From Acidobacteriota bacterium (GTDB lineage: Bacteria; Acidobacteriota; Vicinamibacteria; Vicinamibacterales; UBA2999), in assembly GCA_046726375.1 (NCBI GenBank), contig JBKPAJ010000045.1:52-64051 (forward strand): DNA of 64,000 bases, written 5' to 3'. The notes below the pieces were generated by a model, which saw only the letters and a program-made list of their open reading frames with translations, searched no databases and had not been told where the DNA came from. Positions 9,878 through 19,733 of the stretch are shown here, one piece after another (the stretch's first letter is position 1; every line of letters begins with the position of its first letter). A program made the position numbers and the translations under genes.

Positions 9878-9909
9878 TAGTTCCCGCGCAGCGGGATAAT
9901 GCGGCTTCG

Positions 9910-11166
9910 ATGCCCTCCAACCACCGCGCTCGCCCTCGCGTCCTCGGCTTCGTGTTCGTCCTCGCCGTCATCACCTATCTCGATCGCATCTGCATTTCCG
10001 CCGCAGCGCCGTTCATCATGGCGGACCTCGGGATGAACGTGATCGAAATGAGCGTCGTGTTCAGCGCCTTCACGCTCGCCTACTCGCTCTTCGAAATCCC
10101 TTCGGGATGGCTTGGCGACGTCAGAGGGCCGCGCCGTGTGCTGACCCGCATTGTCATCTGGTGGTCGGCGTTCACCATGCTCACCGCGGCGGCGCAGGGC
10201 TTCCGCTCGCTCGTCGCCATTCGCTTTCTGTTCGGCGCGGGCGAAGCGGGCGCGTTTCCAAACATCGCGCGCAGCCTGTCGATGTGGTTTCCGCAGCGCG
10301 AGCGCGGCCGCGCCAATGGCGTGTTGTTCCTTGGATCGCGTCTGGGCGGCATGCTTTCTGCGCCGGCTGCCCTGTTTCTCATCTCTCGCTGGGACTGGCG
10401 CGTGAGCTTCATCGTGTTTGGCCTGCTCGGCCTCGTGTGGGCGGCCGCCTGGTTTGTGTGGTATCGCGACAGGCCGCAGGATCATCCGCGGATGACCAAG
10501 GAGGAGCTCGCCTGGATCGAACAGGATCGGGCGCCGGTCGCATCCGCTGCGCACGCCGCAACGCCGTGGCGGGTACTGCTCGCGAGCCGCAACCTCTACG
10601 CAATTTGCGCGATGTATTTCGCGTTCGGCTACGGGCTGTATTTCTACTTCACGTGGCTACCCACGTATTTGATCAAGGAGCTCGGGTTTTCGCTCCTAGG
10701 CGGTGGATTGTTTGCGGCACTTCCGTTTCTTCTGGCGGGGCTTGCAGATGTGAGCGGCGGGTGGCTCAGCGACCATCTCAGCCGCCGCTATGGGTTGCGC
10801 GCTGGCAGATGTTATCTGGGCTGTGGCGCGTTTCTGATGTGCGCGGTGCTGGTGTTTCTCTCCACCCTGGCGCTTCCTCCGGTCGGCAAAGCGCTGTTGC
10901 TCGCTTTCGCACTGGGCTCCGCCGATCTCGCCCTTGGCGCGTGTTGGGCGGTGCCCGTCGACATCGCGCCCGCCCATGCCGGAGTGGTAACCGGCTTCAT
11001 GAACACGCTGGGTAATCTCGGCGGCTTCGTCGGACCGATCGTCGTCGGCATTGCCGTCGAGCAATGGCATTCGTGGTCGTATCCGTTTTACATCACGGCG
11101 CTGGTCTACGCGGCGGGAGCGGCGGCGTGGCTGCTGATCGATCCGAAGCGGCCGATTGTCGCATGA
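9910..11166 (+). CDS. MFS transporter (anion:cation symporter-like)
   Basis: 12-TM-like profile. Typical MFS motifs are ITYLDRICIS and GWLGDVRGPRRVL (the loop 2-3 D-R-x-G-R-R signature). I chose the ATG at 9910. Confidence 0.8.
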   Translation: MPSNHRARPRVLGFVFVLAVITYLDRICISAAAPFIMADLGMNVIEMSVVFSAFTLAYSLFEIPSGWLGDVRGPRRVLTRIVIWWSAFTMLTAAAQGFRSLVAIRFLFGAGEAGAFPNIARSLSMWFPQRERGRANGVLFLGSRLGGMLSAPAALFLISRWDWRVSFIVFGLLGLVWAAAWFVWYRDRPQDHPRMTKEELAWIEQDRAPVASAAHAATPWRVLLASRNLYAICAMYFAFGYGLYFYFTWLPTYLIKELGFSLLGGGLFAALPFLLAGLADVSGGWLSDHLSRRYGLRAGRCYLGCGAFLMCAVLVFLSTLALPPVGKALLLAFALGSADLALGACWAVPVDIAPAHAGVVTGFMNTLGNLGGFVGPIVVGIAVEQWHSWSYPFYITALVYAAGAAAWLLIDPKRPIVA

Positions 11167-12007
11167 GAATCAGCCAGTGCGGGCACTTGCGGGTGTCCGC
11201 GTAGAGCCGCTCGCAGTCGTCGCAACGCACGCATTCGGTCATCACGATGCGCGGTCCGCGAATAGCACCCCACTCGCACTTCTTCTCGCAGATCCTGCAG
11301 GTATCGCACTCCGACCACCGCTTGATGCGAAATATCGTCACTGTCGAGAGCAAACCAAGCGCGGCGCCAAGAGGACAAAGAAAACGGCAATACAAATTGC
11401 GCACGAACACAGTTGCGGCCAGCAGCACACCAAGTCCGATCCACATGCCGGGAGTGGCCTGGCCGCCGAACATCCAGAACGGTTCGACGTAGCGGTAGAT
11501 CGAGGCGTCGCGCGTGGCGAAGAAATACAGGAGAGTGGCGCCAAGAATCGCATATTTGATCTTCGCGGCGCGCCGCTCGAGCGCGCCTGGCACTTCGATG
11601 CGCCATCGCGACGGCACCACGCGATCGATAAGCTGAGTGAGTGCGCCAAAGGCGCAGATGCGCCCGCAGTACAACCTTCCCCACAACACGGTCGTGACCA
11701 CGGCAAAGGCGGCAAAGCCATACCACGCGATGCTGTATTTAAAGACCGGGAGGCTCAACGTGAAGAGGCTGAACACGTTGACGATCGAAAGCAGCTGACT
11801 CTTGTAGAACCCCAGGTAGATCACCGAAAGCGCAAGCGTGACGTATTTCAGCCGCGTGCTCTTCCGATGAAAGCTGACGAGCACCAACGTGGCAAACGCC
11901 GCAAACATCGCGAGGTCCAGTCCCTGATCGCGAAGCAGCGTGCTCCAGCTGATCACGTCAGCGTCGTCCGGAGGAAAGGCCCAGGCGTCGGTGGGAGGTT
12001 GCATCAC
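11093..12007 (-). CDS. NapH/MauN/NosR-C-terminal-like membrane polyferredoxin (4Fe-4S binding)
   Basis: Several TM helices. Cys motifs are CGRICAFGA, CRFLCPLGA, CDTCRICEKKC and CVRCDDCERLY. The start overlaps the stop of the FMN_bind gene by 4 nt. Confidence 0.75.
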   Translation of the reverse strand: MMQPPTDAWAFPPDDADVISWSTLLRDQGLDLAMFAAFATLVLVSFHRKSTRLKYVTLALSVIYLGFYKSQLLSIVNVFSLFTLSLPVFKYSIAWYGFAAFAVVTTVLWGRLYCGRICAFGALTQLIDRVVPSRWRIEVPGALERRAAKIKYAILGATLLYFFATRDASIYRYVEPFWMFGGQATPGMWIGLGVLLAATVFVRNLYCRFLCPLGAALGLLSTVTIFRIKRWSECDTCRICEKKCEWGAIRGPRIVMTECVRCDDCERLYADTRKCPHWLILMRQSAASDRSAATPPLPPRRPAP

Positions 12008-12528
12008 TGAATTACCGGGGGCCCAAGCAGTTGCCGCGCAACACGCCGCGCGCTGTTTCTCACGGCGCGCGCTGCGCTCGACACCGTCATGGTCGCTCTC
12101 GAAACCGCGTCGATATCCGCGCCGACTTTGAACGCGTCGCGAATGTTCTTGTTGCGAAACTGGGCGGCAAACGCCGGTGGTTCGATGGAGAAATTTCCGT
12201 ATGGCTCGTTGTGCTGCGTCACGATGATGCCGGTGAGGATTCCTTTTGGATCCATGCCGACCAGAATCTTGATCGGTCCATCGAAACCGCGTTCCAGTGG
12301 CTCAAGCTCCGTCGTCCAGAACGCGTAACCTATCGGTGACGCGCCCGCCGCCGGCTCGTTCGCATAGACCTTGAAGTGCGGCGGATCGCCGCCCTTCGGC
12401 GAAAACGCCTTGGCCGCGGGAAAAAGCTGCGTGAGCTGCGTGTGCAGCTTTGGATCGATCGCCGTTTGCCGGCCCGACACCACGGCGGTCGTAGCGAGAA
12501 GCGCCGCGGTGAGGACGGGAACCTTCAT
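12004..12528 (-). CDS. Periplasmic FMN-binding (FMN_bind / NosR-N-terminal-like) protein
   Basis: Signal peptide MKVPVLTAALLATTAVVSG. The FMN_bind-like core is GPIKILVGMDPKGILTGIIVTQHNEPYG ... DIDAVSRATMTVSS (canonical D-x-x-S-G-A-T). The ATG at 12528 is preferred over the 12825 start. Confidence 0.75.
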   Translation of the reverse strand: MKVPVLTAALLATTAVVSGRQTAIDPKLHTQLTQLFPAAKAFSPKGGDPPHFKVYANEPAAGASPIGYAFWTTELEPLERGFDGPIKILVGMDPKGILTGIIVTQHNEPYGNFSIEPPAFAAQFRNKNIRDAFKVGADIDAVSRATMTVSSAARAVRNSARRVARQLLGPPVIQ

Positions 12529-12558
12529 GCGTGTAAAGTATCCACCCCGGAGGCGGAG

Positions 12559-13032
12559 ATGTCGAACACGCGGGTACGCACAACACTTGCATTGGCCTTG
12601 ATGCTGCTGACCGTTAACGCGTCGGCACAAGCGCCCAACGCGCCCTCTCCGCGGCTGAGCAAGGTGACGAGCCTGAAGTGCTCGTTCACGATGCAGGCAA
12701 CCGGCACCTGGAAAGGCGGAGAATCGCTGGCGTCGGTCAAAGCCGCGAAGCTTGCGACGGCGTTCAATGCGGTGAACATCGACGAGGGAACGGCGGAAGC
12801 CGTTGGCGACAGTGGCAAGTGGCACATCACCGTGCGTCTGCTTGGATCGTATTTACATTTCATGCAAATGGACCCGTACGGCGCGCTGCATGTTACGACC
12901 GTGATGGATACGGAAACGAGCGCGGGCAAGCTGCAAGCGGTCCATACGCGACACGAATACACGCCCGTGTCGCTGCCGGGACTGACGTCGCGGCCGGAGC
13001 AATATTACGGTGAGTGTGAAATCGGCAGGTGA
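12559..13032 (+). CDS. Hypothetical exported protein
   Basis: ATG at 12559 after a GGAGGCGGAG RBS. Signal peptide TLALALMLLTVNASAQA. I recognise no family. Confidence 0.5.
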   Translation: MSNTRVRTTLALALMLLTVNASAQAPNAPSPRLSKVTSLKCSFTMQATGTWKGGESLASVKAAKLATAFNAVNIDEGTAEAVGDSGKWHITVRLLGSYLHFMQMDPYGALHVTTVMDTETSAGKLQAVHTRHEYTPVSLPGLTSRPEQYYGECEIGR

Positions 13033-13124
13033 CGCGCGGGCTAAGCCGCGCCACTGCAGTCGCCGCGGAGGCGGGCCTAAGCCGACCGCGTGAGGGCGGC
13101 TAACGCCGCACCACCACGTTACCT

Positions 13125-14153
13125 TCAAGCGCGCTGCGAAAAGCGCCCGCGCCGCACTTTTGCGAGCGGTGAGGAGTCTCCGTTGAGAAACGCGCGAAGT
13201 TCCGCCGCAACCATGTCCGGCGCGTCCTCCTGCAAGTTGTGGCCGGCCGGCAGCGAGCGGCCGCTCACCGTCGTCGCCCGCTCTTTCCAGATCGACAGCA
13301 CGTCATAGAGGCGTCCCATCGGCGCCTTCGCGCCCCAAAGCGCCAGCAGCGGGCACGCAATCTTCTGGTCGAGATCGGCTCTGTCGTGATCGAGATCGAT
13401 GGATGCACCGGCCCGATAGTCTTCGCACATGCCGTGAATGTTTGCCGGGTCGCGTCGCACACGCAGGTACTCGGCATCGACCTCCGCCGTCATGCGGCTC
13501 GCCTGCCGCTCGATGTCTTCTTTCAGCTGGTTCTCGGGACCGGGCGCCGGACGGAGATAGTTGAACCAGTGGAAGTACGCCTGGACGAACTCGATGGTGA
13601 CGTGCGTATACAGGTAATACGTCGGCACGATGTCGAGCACCGCCAGCTTTGTGACCCGATCGGGATGATCGAGCGCCATCCGGTGGCCGACTCGGCCGCC
13701 GCGGTCGTGGCCTATGACCGCGAACTTTTCAAAGCCCAGTTTTCGCATCACCTCGACCTGGTCGAGCGCCATCGCACGCTTGGAGTAGTTGGCGTGGCGA
13801 TCGCCATCAGGCGGCTTGCTACTGTCGCCGTAGCCGCGAAGGTCGGTGACGACAACGGCGTGATCCGTTGCGAGCATCGGCGCCGCGAGCCGCCACGAAA
13901 TCATCGATTGCGGCGCGCCATGCAACAACAGCACGGGCGAGCCCTGGCCCGCCATCACCCCATTGATCGTGCCGCCGGTCACCTCGACGGTGATCGATTT
14001 GAATCCGGGAAAGAATTTCGCTGCGGGCGATGCCGGCGCCTGCGTGCCGGCCTGCGCATCGAGCGACCCGGCGTCGGCGGTGGGCAACGCGCTTGCGGTG
14101 ACGACCGCGCCCATCTGCAGGAGGACATCGCGCCGTGTCAGTCGTGTTGTCAT
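13125..14153 (-). CDS. Alpha/beta-fold hydrolase (epoxide hydrolase/haloacetate dehalogenase-like), Tat-exported
   Basis: The stretch TRLTRRDVLLQMGAVVTASALP is Tat-like. The motifs HGAPQS, the nucleophile elbow GHDRGG and a C-terminal GHNLQEDAP are present. Confidence 0.8.
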   Translation of the reverse strand: MTTRLTRRDVLLQMGAVVTASALPTADAGSLDAQAGTQAPASPAAKFFPGFKSITVEVTGGTINGVMAGQGSPVLLLHGAPQSMISWRLAAPMLATDHAVVVTDLRGYGDSSKPPDGDRHANYSKRAMALDQVEVMRKLGFEKFAVIGHDRGGRVGHRMALDHPDRVTKLAVLDIVPTYYLYTHVTIEFVQAYFHWFNYLRPAPGPENQLKEDIERQASRMTAEVDAEYLRVRRDPANIHGMCEDYRAGASIDLDHDRADLDQKIACPLLALWGAKAPMGRLYDVLSIWKERATTVSGRSLPAGHNLQEDAPDMVAAELRAFLNGDSSPLAKVRRGRFSQRA

Positions 14154-14226
14154 GGCCGTTGTTGAGCCTACTCCGCCTCTAGGTGCGCGCACAACCTCAG
14201 CCTCATTACGTCATTTTGTGTAACCG

Positions 14227-14244
14227 TTACGTATAATAACGTAA
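14227..14244. promoter_or_regulatory. AT-rich perfect palindrome TTACGT-ATAATA-ACGTAA containing TATAAT and ending on the A of the ATG
   Basis: Read directly from the sequence. A third ATTACGT half-site lies at 14205-14211. This is the only strongly AT-rich patch in this divergent intergenic region. Confidence 0.35.
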
Positions 14245-15383
14245 TGGAACCGGCCAATCCCTTCGTCTACGGCGAAATCGTCACCCAGCGCGCCTTCGCC
14301 GACCGCGAGGATGAACGGGAACGGCTGGCGTCCGACCTCGCCGCCGGGCAGAAGACCTTCCTCATCTCCCCGCGCCGCTACGGCAAATCATCGCTCATCC
14401 GCGACGTCATGCACGGCCTGGCGAAGCAGCGCATCCTGACGGTCGAAGTCACCGTTGCCGCATCGAGCTCGTACGTCGGCTTCCTCGAAGCGTACGCGCG
14501 AGCACTCGTCTCGGCGGAGACGCCGACAGGAAGCATTCGGCGCTGGGCTGGCGAGCTCCTCCAGTCGCTGCGGCCGGAGCTTCGCTTCGATAGCGAGCCG
14601 GGCTTCGCGCTGTCCTTTCCCACCGTGCGCAACGCGCGCGACGCCGCCAGACTGGCCACCGAAGTGTTCGCACTGCCCGGCCGCATTGCGGCCGTGCGTC
14701 GAAAGAACCTGGCGATCGCATTGGATGAGTTCCAGACCATTGCGTCATTCGACGGCGGGACGGTTGAACACGCGTTGCGGGCGGCCGTTCAGGAACAGCG
14801 CACCGTCGGGTACGTGTTTGCCGGCTCGGAACCCTCCCTGATGGAGCGGATGCTCGGGCCGCGCCGGCCGTTCTACAAGGCTGGTCCGGTGATGCGTCTG
14901 GAAAAGATCGACCCCGCCGTGTTCGCCTCGTTTCTCGAAGCACGATTTACGGCCAGCGGGATTCGGCCCGAGCCGGGGCTTGGTACCGCGATTGTCGAAC
15001 TCGGGGGCAACGTGCCTTACGATGTGCAGCGTCTCGCGCATGAAACGTGGGACGACGTGAGGGCGGCCGGGCGGAGGACGGCCGGACTCGAGGACCTGCA
15101 CGGCACTCTTACGCGGCTGCTCGGACAGCAGCACACCGTGTTCGAAGAATCATGGCAGCGCCTCACGCTTGCGCAGCGCGGCGTACTCCGCGCGCTGGTC
15201 TTGCAGGACGGCCGCGAGCTGCTCTCGGCCGACGTCCGCACCCGCCATCGTTTACCCGGAGCCTCGAGCGTCCAGGCCGCCCTCGCCGCGCTCGTGCGCG
15301 ACGATATCGTGATGAAAGAAGGCTCGCGCTACGTACTTGGCGATTCGCTCTACCGCGAGTGGGTCGCGCGCAAAACGTTTTAG
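14244..15383 (+). CDS. AAA-type ATPase (Arch_ATPase/ATPase_2-like) with C-terminal winged-helix-like region
   Basis: The N-terminus PFVYGEIVTQRAFADREDERERL and the Walker A-like ISPRRYGKSSL match the family. A Walker B-like LAIALDEFQ is present, and the C-terminal end is typical of the DUF234-type tail. Confidence 0.65.
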   Translation: MEPANPFVYGEIVTQRAFADREDERERLASDLAAGQKTFLISPRRYGKSSLIRDVMHGLAKQRILTVEVTVAASSSYVGFLEAYARALVSAETPTGSIRRWAGELLQSLRPELRFDSEPGFALSFPTVRNARDAARLATEVFALPGRIAAVRRKNLAIALDEFQTIASFDGGTVEHALRAAVQEQRTVGYVFAGSEPSLMERMLGPRRPFYKAGPVMRLEKIDPAVFASFLEARFTASGIRPEPGLGTAIVELGGNVPYDVQRLAHETWDDVRAAGRRTAGLEDLHGTLTRLLGQQHTVFEESWQRLTLAQRGVLRALVLQDGRELLSADVRTRHRLPGASSVQAALAALVRDDIVMKEGSRYVLGDSLYREWVARKTF

Positions 15384-15414
15384 CCACGAGCTCCACGCAA
15401 CGCGGAGATCGCAG

Positions 15415-16548
15415 TTATTCTTGCGCAAATTCCCGCAGTGCGCTCTCGACCACACGAACTGCACGCCAGTACTCATCGAGCAGTAAGTGCTCATTCGGCG
15501 TGTGATCGAGCGCGCTGTCTCCAGGACCGTACGCGAGGATCGGGCACCGCCAAATGGGCGCGACGACGTTCATGTCGCTCGTGCCCGACTTCAAGAGAAA
15601 GCCCGGTTGCGCCGAGGAGTCCACGCCTCGAATGGCGGCGAGGAAGCTTCGCACGAGCGGGTTCTGGCGATCCGCTCGCCACGCCTGTTCGACTCCACGG
15701 AACCGACACTCGATCGAAGTGCGCGTGGCGCCGATAGCGGAGGCTTGCTCAGCGATCTGCTTCATGAAGGCATCACTGTCGAATCCGACCGGAAGCCGCC
15801 AGGCAAACTGCGCCTCGACCACGTCGAGCATCTCTGGCGTGGTCGCGGTCACAAAGCGGCGAAGACTCGGGCTCAGTTGGTCGAACACCTTCTCGCGGCC
15901 CGTATTGACGCCGGCCGCGTGCGCCGTGACCCAGTTCCACAAATCGACAACCACTTGTGCGACGCTGGCGTCCGGACCTGCGGTATGTGCCATCGGTTGG
16001 TGCGCGGTGAGATCGAGCAGAAGGCGACCCTTGTAGCCGAGCGTCACGCGGTGCCAGTGGCTCGGTTCACCGATGACACATGCGCCAGGAATGGGCTCGC
16101 GGCTACCGTCGAAACGCGCAGCAATGAATCGCGCCCCCTTACTCGTTGCAGCTTCTTCCTCGACCGCTCCCACGACAACAATGCGGAGCCGATGCTGGCG
16201 CGCCCACGTCGACCCGAGTCGTGCAACGGCGGCGGCGAACGTTGCGAGCGGCCCCTTGGCGTCGACGCTGCCGCGTCCATACAACACGTCGCCACGGGGT
16301 GACGCTTCGACGCGGACCGGAATTACGCCGGGAACAGTATCGATGTGTCCGAGCAGAACGACCGTTCGGCCCGCGCCGCCCTCGCCCATCTCGCCGATGG
16401 CGTTGCCAGCCTCGTCCACGAAGGCGCGGTCATAACCCAACGTGGTCATCTGCTGCACCAGCCAGCGGGCCGCTTCCGATTCCTCTCGCGAGATCGATCG
16501 GATGGCGACGAGGTCGTGAAGGAGTTCGACCGCGCGTTTACGGTCCAT
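15415..16548 (-). CDS. lysK: [LysW]-lysine/ornithine hydrolase (M20 peptidase, ArgE/LysK family)
   Basis: M20 motifs LLGHIDTVP and GRGSVDAKG. It is the last gene of the lysW cluster. Its start shares one nucleotide with the lysJ stop (TGATG). Confidence 0.75.
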   Translation of the reverse strand: MDRKRAVELLHDLVAIRSISREESEAARWLVQQMTTLGYDRAFVDEAGNAIGEMGEGGAGRTVVLLGHIDTVPGVIPVRVEASPRGDVLYGRGSVDAKGPLATFAAAVARLGSTWARQHRLRIVVVGAVEEEAATSKGARFIAARFDGSREPIPGACVIGEPSHWHRVTLGYKGRLLLDLTAHQPMAHTAGPDASVAQVVVDLWNWVTAHAAGVNTGREKVFDQLSPSLRRFVTATTPEMLDVVEAQFAWRLPVGFDSDAFMKQIAEQASAIGATRTSIECRFRGVEQAWRADRQNPLVRSFLAAIRGVDSSAQPGFLLKSGTSDMNVVAPIWRCPILAYGPGDSALDHTPNEHLLLDEYWRAVRVVESALREFAQE

Positions 16549-17732
16549 CAGGCGGCGAGACTCCGAATCGCGTTGGCGATCGCCGTCACGCCTATCGCAA
16601 TCTCTTCTTCGGAAATGACGAGCGGCGGCAGCAGTCGCAGCACAGTCGAGCCGGCGGGAAGCGCAATGACTCCGTGCTCGAGCATCAGCGTCTTCAACAC
16701 CGGTGCAACTTTGGTCCGCAGCTCGATGGCGAGCATCAGCCCCAGTCCTCGGACTTCGCGAACGATCGACACATCACCGAGCGCCGCGCGCAGCGCCGAC
16801 AACATCTGCTCGCCAAGTTTCGCGCTGCGCGTAATCAAATCCTCATCTCGATAGACGGCGAGCGCGGCAACGCCCGCCGCGCAGGCCAGCGGCGAACCAC
16901 CAAACGTGCTGCCGTGCGCGCCGGGCGAAAGCGCATCGCGCACCGCTTTTATATAGGCGAACGCGCCCATCGGAAAGCCGCCGCCGAGTCCTTTCGCCAT
17001 GCAGACGATGTCCGGCTCGATGCCCGCGTGCTCGAAGCCGAACCAACGGCCGGTGCGGCCGAAGCCGGTCTGAATTTCATCGAGGATGAGCAGCGCGCCA
17101 CGCTCGCGACAAAGGCGTTGCGCCGCGTGAAGGAAATCAGCGGCGCCGATGTTTACGCCGCTCTCGCCCTGCACGGCCTCGAGAATCACGGCTGCGGTGC
17201 GATCGCCGATGGCTTTGTCGAGCGCGGCCGCGTCGTTGAAAGGGACATGCGTCGTTTCGAGCAGCGGCAGAAACCCTTCGCGATACTTCGGCTCCCACGT
17301 CACCGACAGTGCACCGACGGTGCGGCCGTGGAAGCCCTTCGTGGTGGACACAAACGCGGCCCGTTTGGTGGTAAGCCGCGCGATTTTGAGCGCGCCGTCC
17401 ACTGCTTCGCCGCCGCTGTTTGCGAGAAACACGTGCGGCAGATGAGCGGGGAGTACACCGACGAGCGCGTGCGCGAATGCGGCCCGAACGTCGTTGTAAA
17501 GGTAATTGGGGCACAGCGTGAGCGTGCGCGCCTGACGCGCAATCGCGTCGGTCACACGCGGGTGACAATGCCCCAGCATTGCCACCCCTTGCGCCGAAGA
17601 GAGATCGAGATAGCGGCGGCCGTCGGAGTCGATCAGCCAGCAACCCTCGCCGCGAACGAAAACGGCGTCGCCGCGTCGCGCAGTGGTGCCGCCCAGGATG
17701 AGTTCTTCGATCGCCGCGCGAGGATCGGGCAT
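16548..17732 (-). CDS. lysJ: [LysW]-aminoadipate semialdehyde / acetylornithine aminotransferase (class III PLP)
   Basis: Class-III aminotransferase motifs: [28 protein letters not shown] and the PLP-lysine context [14 protein letters not shown]. Confidence 0.8.
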   Translation of the reverse strand: MPDPRAAIEELILGGTTARRGDAVFVRGEGCWLIDSDGRRYLDLSSAQGVAMLGHCHPRVTDAIARQARTLTLCPNYLYNDVRAAFAHALVGVLPAHLPHVFLANSGGEAVDGALKIARLTTKRAAFVSTTKGFHGRTVGALSVTWEPKYREGFLPLLETTHVPFNDAAALDKAIGDRTAAVILEAVQGESGVNIGAADFLHAAQRLCRERGALLILDEIQTGFGRTGRWFGFEHAGIEPDIVCMAKGLGGGFPMGAFAYIKAVRDALSPGAHGSTFGGSPLACAAGVAALAVYRDEDLITRSAKLGEQMLSALRAALGDVSIVREVRGLGLMLAIELRTKVAPVLKTLMLEHGVIALPAGSTVLRLLPPLVISEEEIAIGVTAIANAIRSLAA

Positions 17733-17741
17733 TGTCGGTCG

Positions 17742-18545
17742 TCAGGCGATGTGCGTCCCGGCGCCGGTGAGGGCGCGTGTAATCGGCTCGCTCACGCGAC
17801 CGTCGGCGAAGATCACTTTCCGCACCCCCTCGGCGATGGCCTCGACGGCGCCCATGACTTTCTTCTTCATGCGGCCCTCGGCCACTTCCATGAATCGAAT
17901 GGCCTCCGACTTTGAAATCTCCGGAATCAACGTCGACTCATCGGGAAAGGCGCGCAGCAGGCCGGGTGTATCGGTCAGGATGACCAACGCGTCGGCTTTG
18001 AACGCACCTGCCACCATCGCCGCGGCGCGATCGCCGTCGACGTTGATGGCTTCCCCGGCGGTGGACGCACCGGGCGGCGTGAGCACAGGGAAGTAGCCGG
18101 CGTCGATCAACAACCGCAAGAGCGCGGTGTTGACGCGTTCGACCGTACCCGTCCAATCATCGCGAAGCACCATGCGCCGGCCATCGACGCGGATGCGCAG
18201 CGTGTCTTTGCGAGTACCTTCGAACAGACGGCCATCGAGGCCAGACAGGCCGACGGCGTTGATGCCTTTCTGTTGCAGTTTTTCGACCCACATCTTATTG
18301 AGCTGACCACAGTAGACCATCTCGAAGATTTCGAGTGTACGGCGATCGGTGCGGCGGCTCACATGGCCGCTCTCGCTGGTGACGAACTGCGCTGGATGAC
18401 CGAGCGCTTCGGCCACCGCGTTGGTCGTTTGTGCACCGCCGTGAACGAGCAGCAGTTGGCCGCCCTGCGCCCGCAGCGCAGCCAGATCGGCCACAATCGC
18501 GTCGGTATCGAGAGAAGTTCCGCCGCCGACTTTTATGACGACCAT
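17742..18545 (-). CDS. lysZ: [LysW]-aminoadipate kinase / acetylglutamate kinase family
   Basis: The ATG at 18545 gives MVVIKVGGG, the amino-acid kinase N-terminal motif. LLLVHGGAQ and DGDRAAA motifs are present. Confidence 0.8.
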   Translation of the reverse strand: MVVIKVGGGTSLDTDAIVADLAALRAQGGQLLLVHGGAQTTNAVAEALGHPAQFVTSESGHVSRRTDRRTLEIFEMVYCGQLNKMWVEKLQQKGINAVGLSGLDGRLFEGTRKDTLRIRVDGRRMVLRDDWTGTVERVNTALLRLLIDAGYFPVLTPPGASTAGEAINVDGDRAAAMVAGAFKADALVILTDTPGLLRAFPDESTLIPEISKSEAIRFMEVAEGRMKKKVMGAVEAIAEGVRKVIFADGRVSEPITRALTGAGTHIA

Positions 18546-18660
18546 GTCTGTTGGCGGACCTAAGGGTCCGCGGCTCCTTACCTTGATACATGTCGCGGCG
18601 GACGTGAAAAGGCCCGCGCCAACCCACCCTGATCCATGTAGCGGCGGAGTTCCGCCATCC

Positions 18661-19716
18661 TTAAATCGGGTGCAGTCCGGGGAATTGCAATCCCACGGTC
18701 TCATCCCACCCCATCATCACGTTGAGGCACTGCACCGCTGTCCCAGCCGCGCCTTTCATCAGGTTGTCGATCGCACACATCGCGACCACACGGCCCGAAG
18801 AGGCGTCGAACTCGAACCCGACGTCGGCGTAGTTGCTGCCGGACAGAATCTTCGGCTCCGGGTAGCGATAAAGTCCCGCGCGCTCCTTCACGATGCGCAC
18901 GAACGGCTCTTGCCCATACGCCTCGCGGTAGGCCTTCCACAGATCTTTCTCAGCGACATCACGATTGACGAAAACGTGAGCAGTGGCAAGAACACCACGC
19001 ACGTTATCGATGGCCGTCGCGCTGAGATGCACGTCGGTTTCAATTCCTCGCAGCCGCAACGCTTGCAACACTTCGGCGGTGTGGCGGTGGCCTGTTGGCG
19101 CAAAACTGCGCATCACACCGGCGCGCTCGGGATGATGCGAGGCATCGCTCGACGTCGCACCCGCCTCGCTGCTCCCGACTTTCACCTCGCACACGATGCC
19201 ACGCTGCGGATTGATCAGCCCGGCGACCGCCAGCGGCCACACAGCGAGGGTTGTCGCCGTGGCGTTGCAGCCAACGCCGCTGACGAACCTTGCCGCCGCA
19301 ATTTCCGCACGAAGCAGCTCAGGCAGGCCGTACACAAAGCGTTCAAGCCACGACGGACTCGCGTGCGGCTTGCCATACCAGCGTACGTAGTCCTGGTCGC
19401 GTCGAAGTCGAAAATCGGCGCTCAGATCGACGATGCGCTGCGTCAGCGCCGCAAATTCGTCGATGCGTGACATCGCACTGCCATGCGGCAGACACAAAAA
19501 CACGACGTCCGCGTGCTCGAGCGCATCAGCTCGAACGAATTTGAGGGTTGTTCGGCGTCTGAGATTCGGATGCGTGAAGTAAACGAACTGCCCGTCGAGG
19601 CGTTCGCTCGTGACCTGCTTGACGTCGATATTGCGATGATCGAGCAGAAGCCGCAGCAGCTCGCCGCCCGTGTATCCAGATCCGCCGACGATGGCGGCAG
19701 TAAGGCGCTCGGCCAT
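18661..19716 (-). CDS. lysY: [LysW]-aminoadipyl-phosphate reductase / N-acetyl-gamma-glutamyl-phosphate reductase
   Basis: N-terminal AIVGGSGYTGGELLRLL. The active-site context is VSGVGCNATA, and the ArgC-like C-terminus is DNLMKGAAGTAVQCLN. Confidence 0.85.
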   Translation of the reverse strand: MAERLTAAIVGGSGYTGGELLRLLLDHRNIDVKQVTSERLDGQFVYFTHPNLRRRTTLKFVRADALEHADVVFLCLPHGSAMSRIDEFAALTQRIVDLSADFRLRRDQDYVRWYGKPHASPSWLERFVYGLPELLRAEIAAARFVSGVGCNATATTLAVWPLAVAGLINPQRGIVCEVKVGSSEAGATSSDASHHPERAGVMRSFAPTGHRHTAEVLQALRLRGIETDVHLSATAIDNVRGVLATAHVFVNRDVAEKDLWKAYREAYGQEPFVRIVKERAGLYRYPEPKILSGSNYADVGFEFDASSGRVVAMCAIDNLMKGAAGTAVQCLNVMMGWDETVGLQFPGLHPI

Positions 19717-19733
19717 CCGCTCCTAACCTCGGA

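Noticed and set aside
11093-11166. Interpreting the 74-nt convergent overlap of the MFS and polyferredoxin genes as a frameshift or pseudogene
   Set aside because: Both ORFs are full length with intact family motifs up to their C-termini. The overlap involves only poorly conserved tails, so it is recorded as an observation rather than a pseudogene call.
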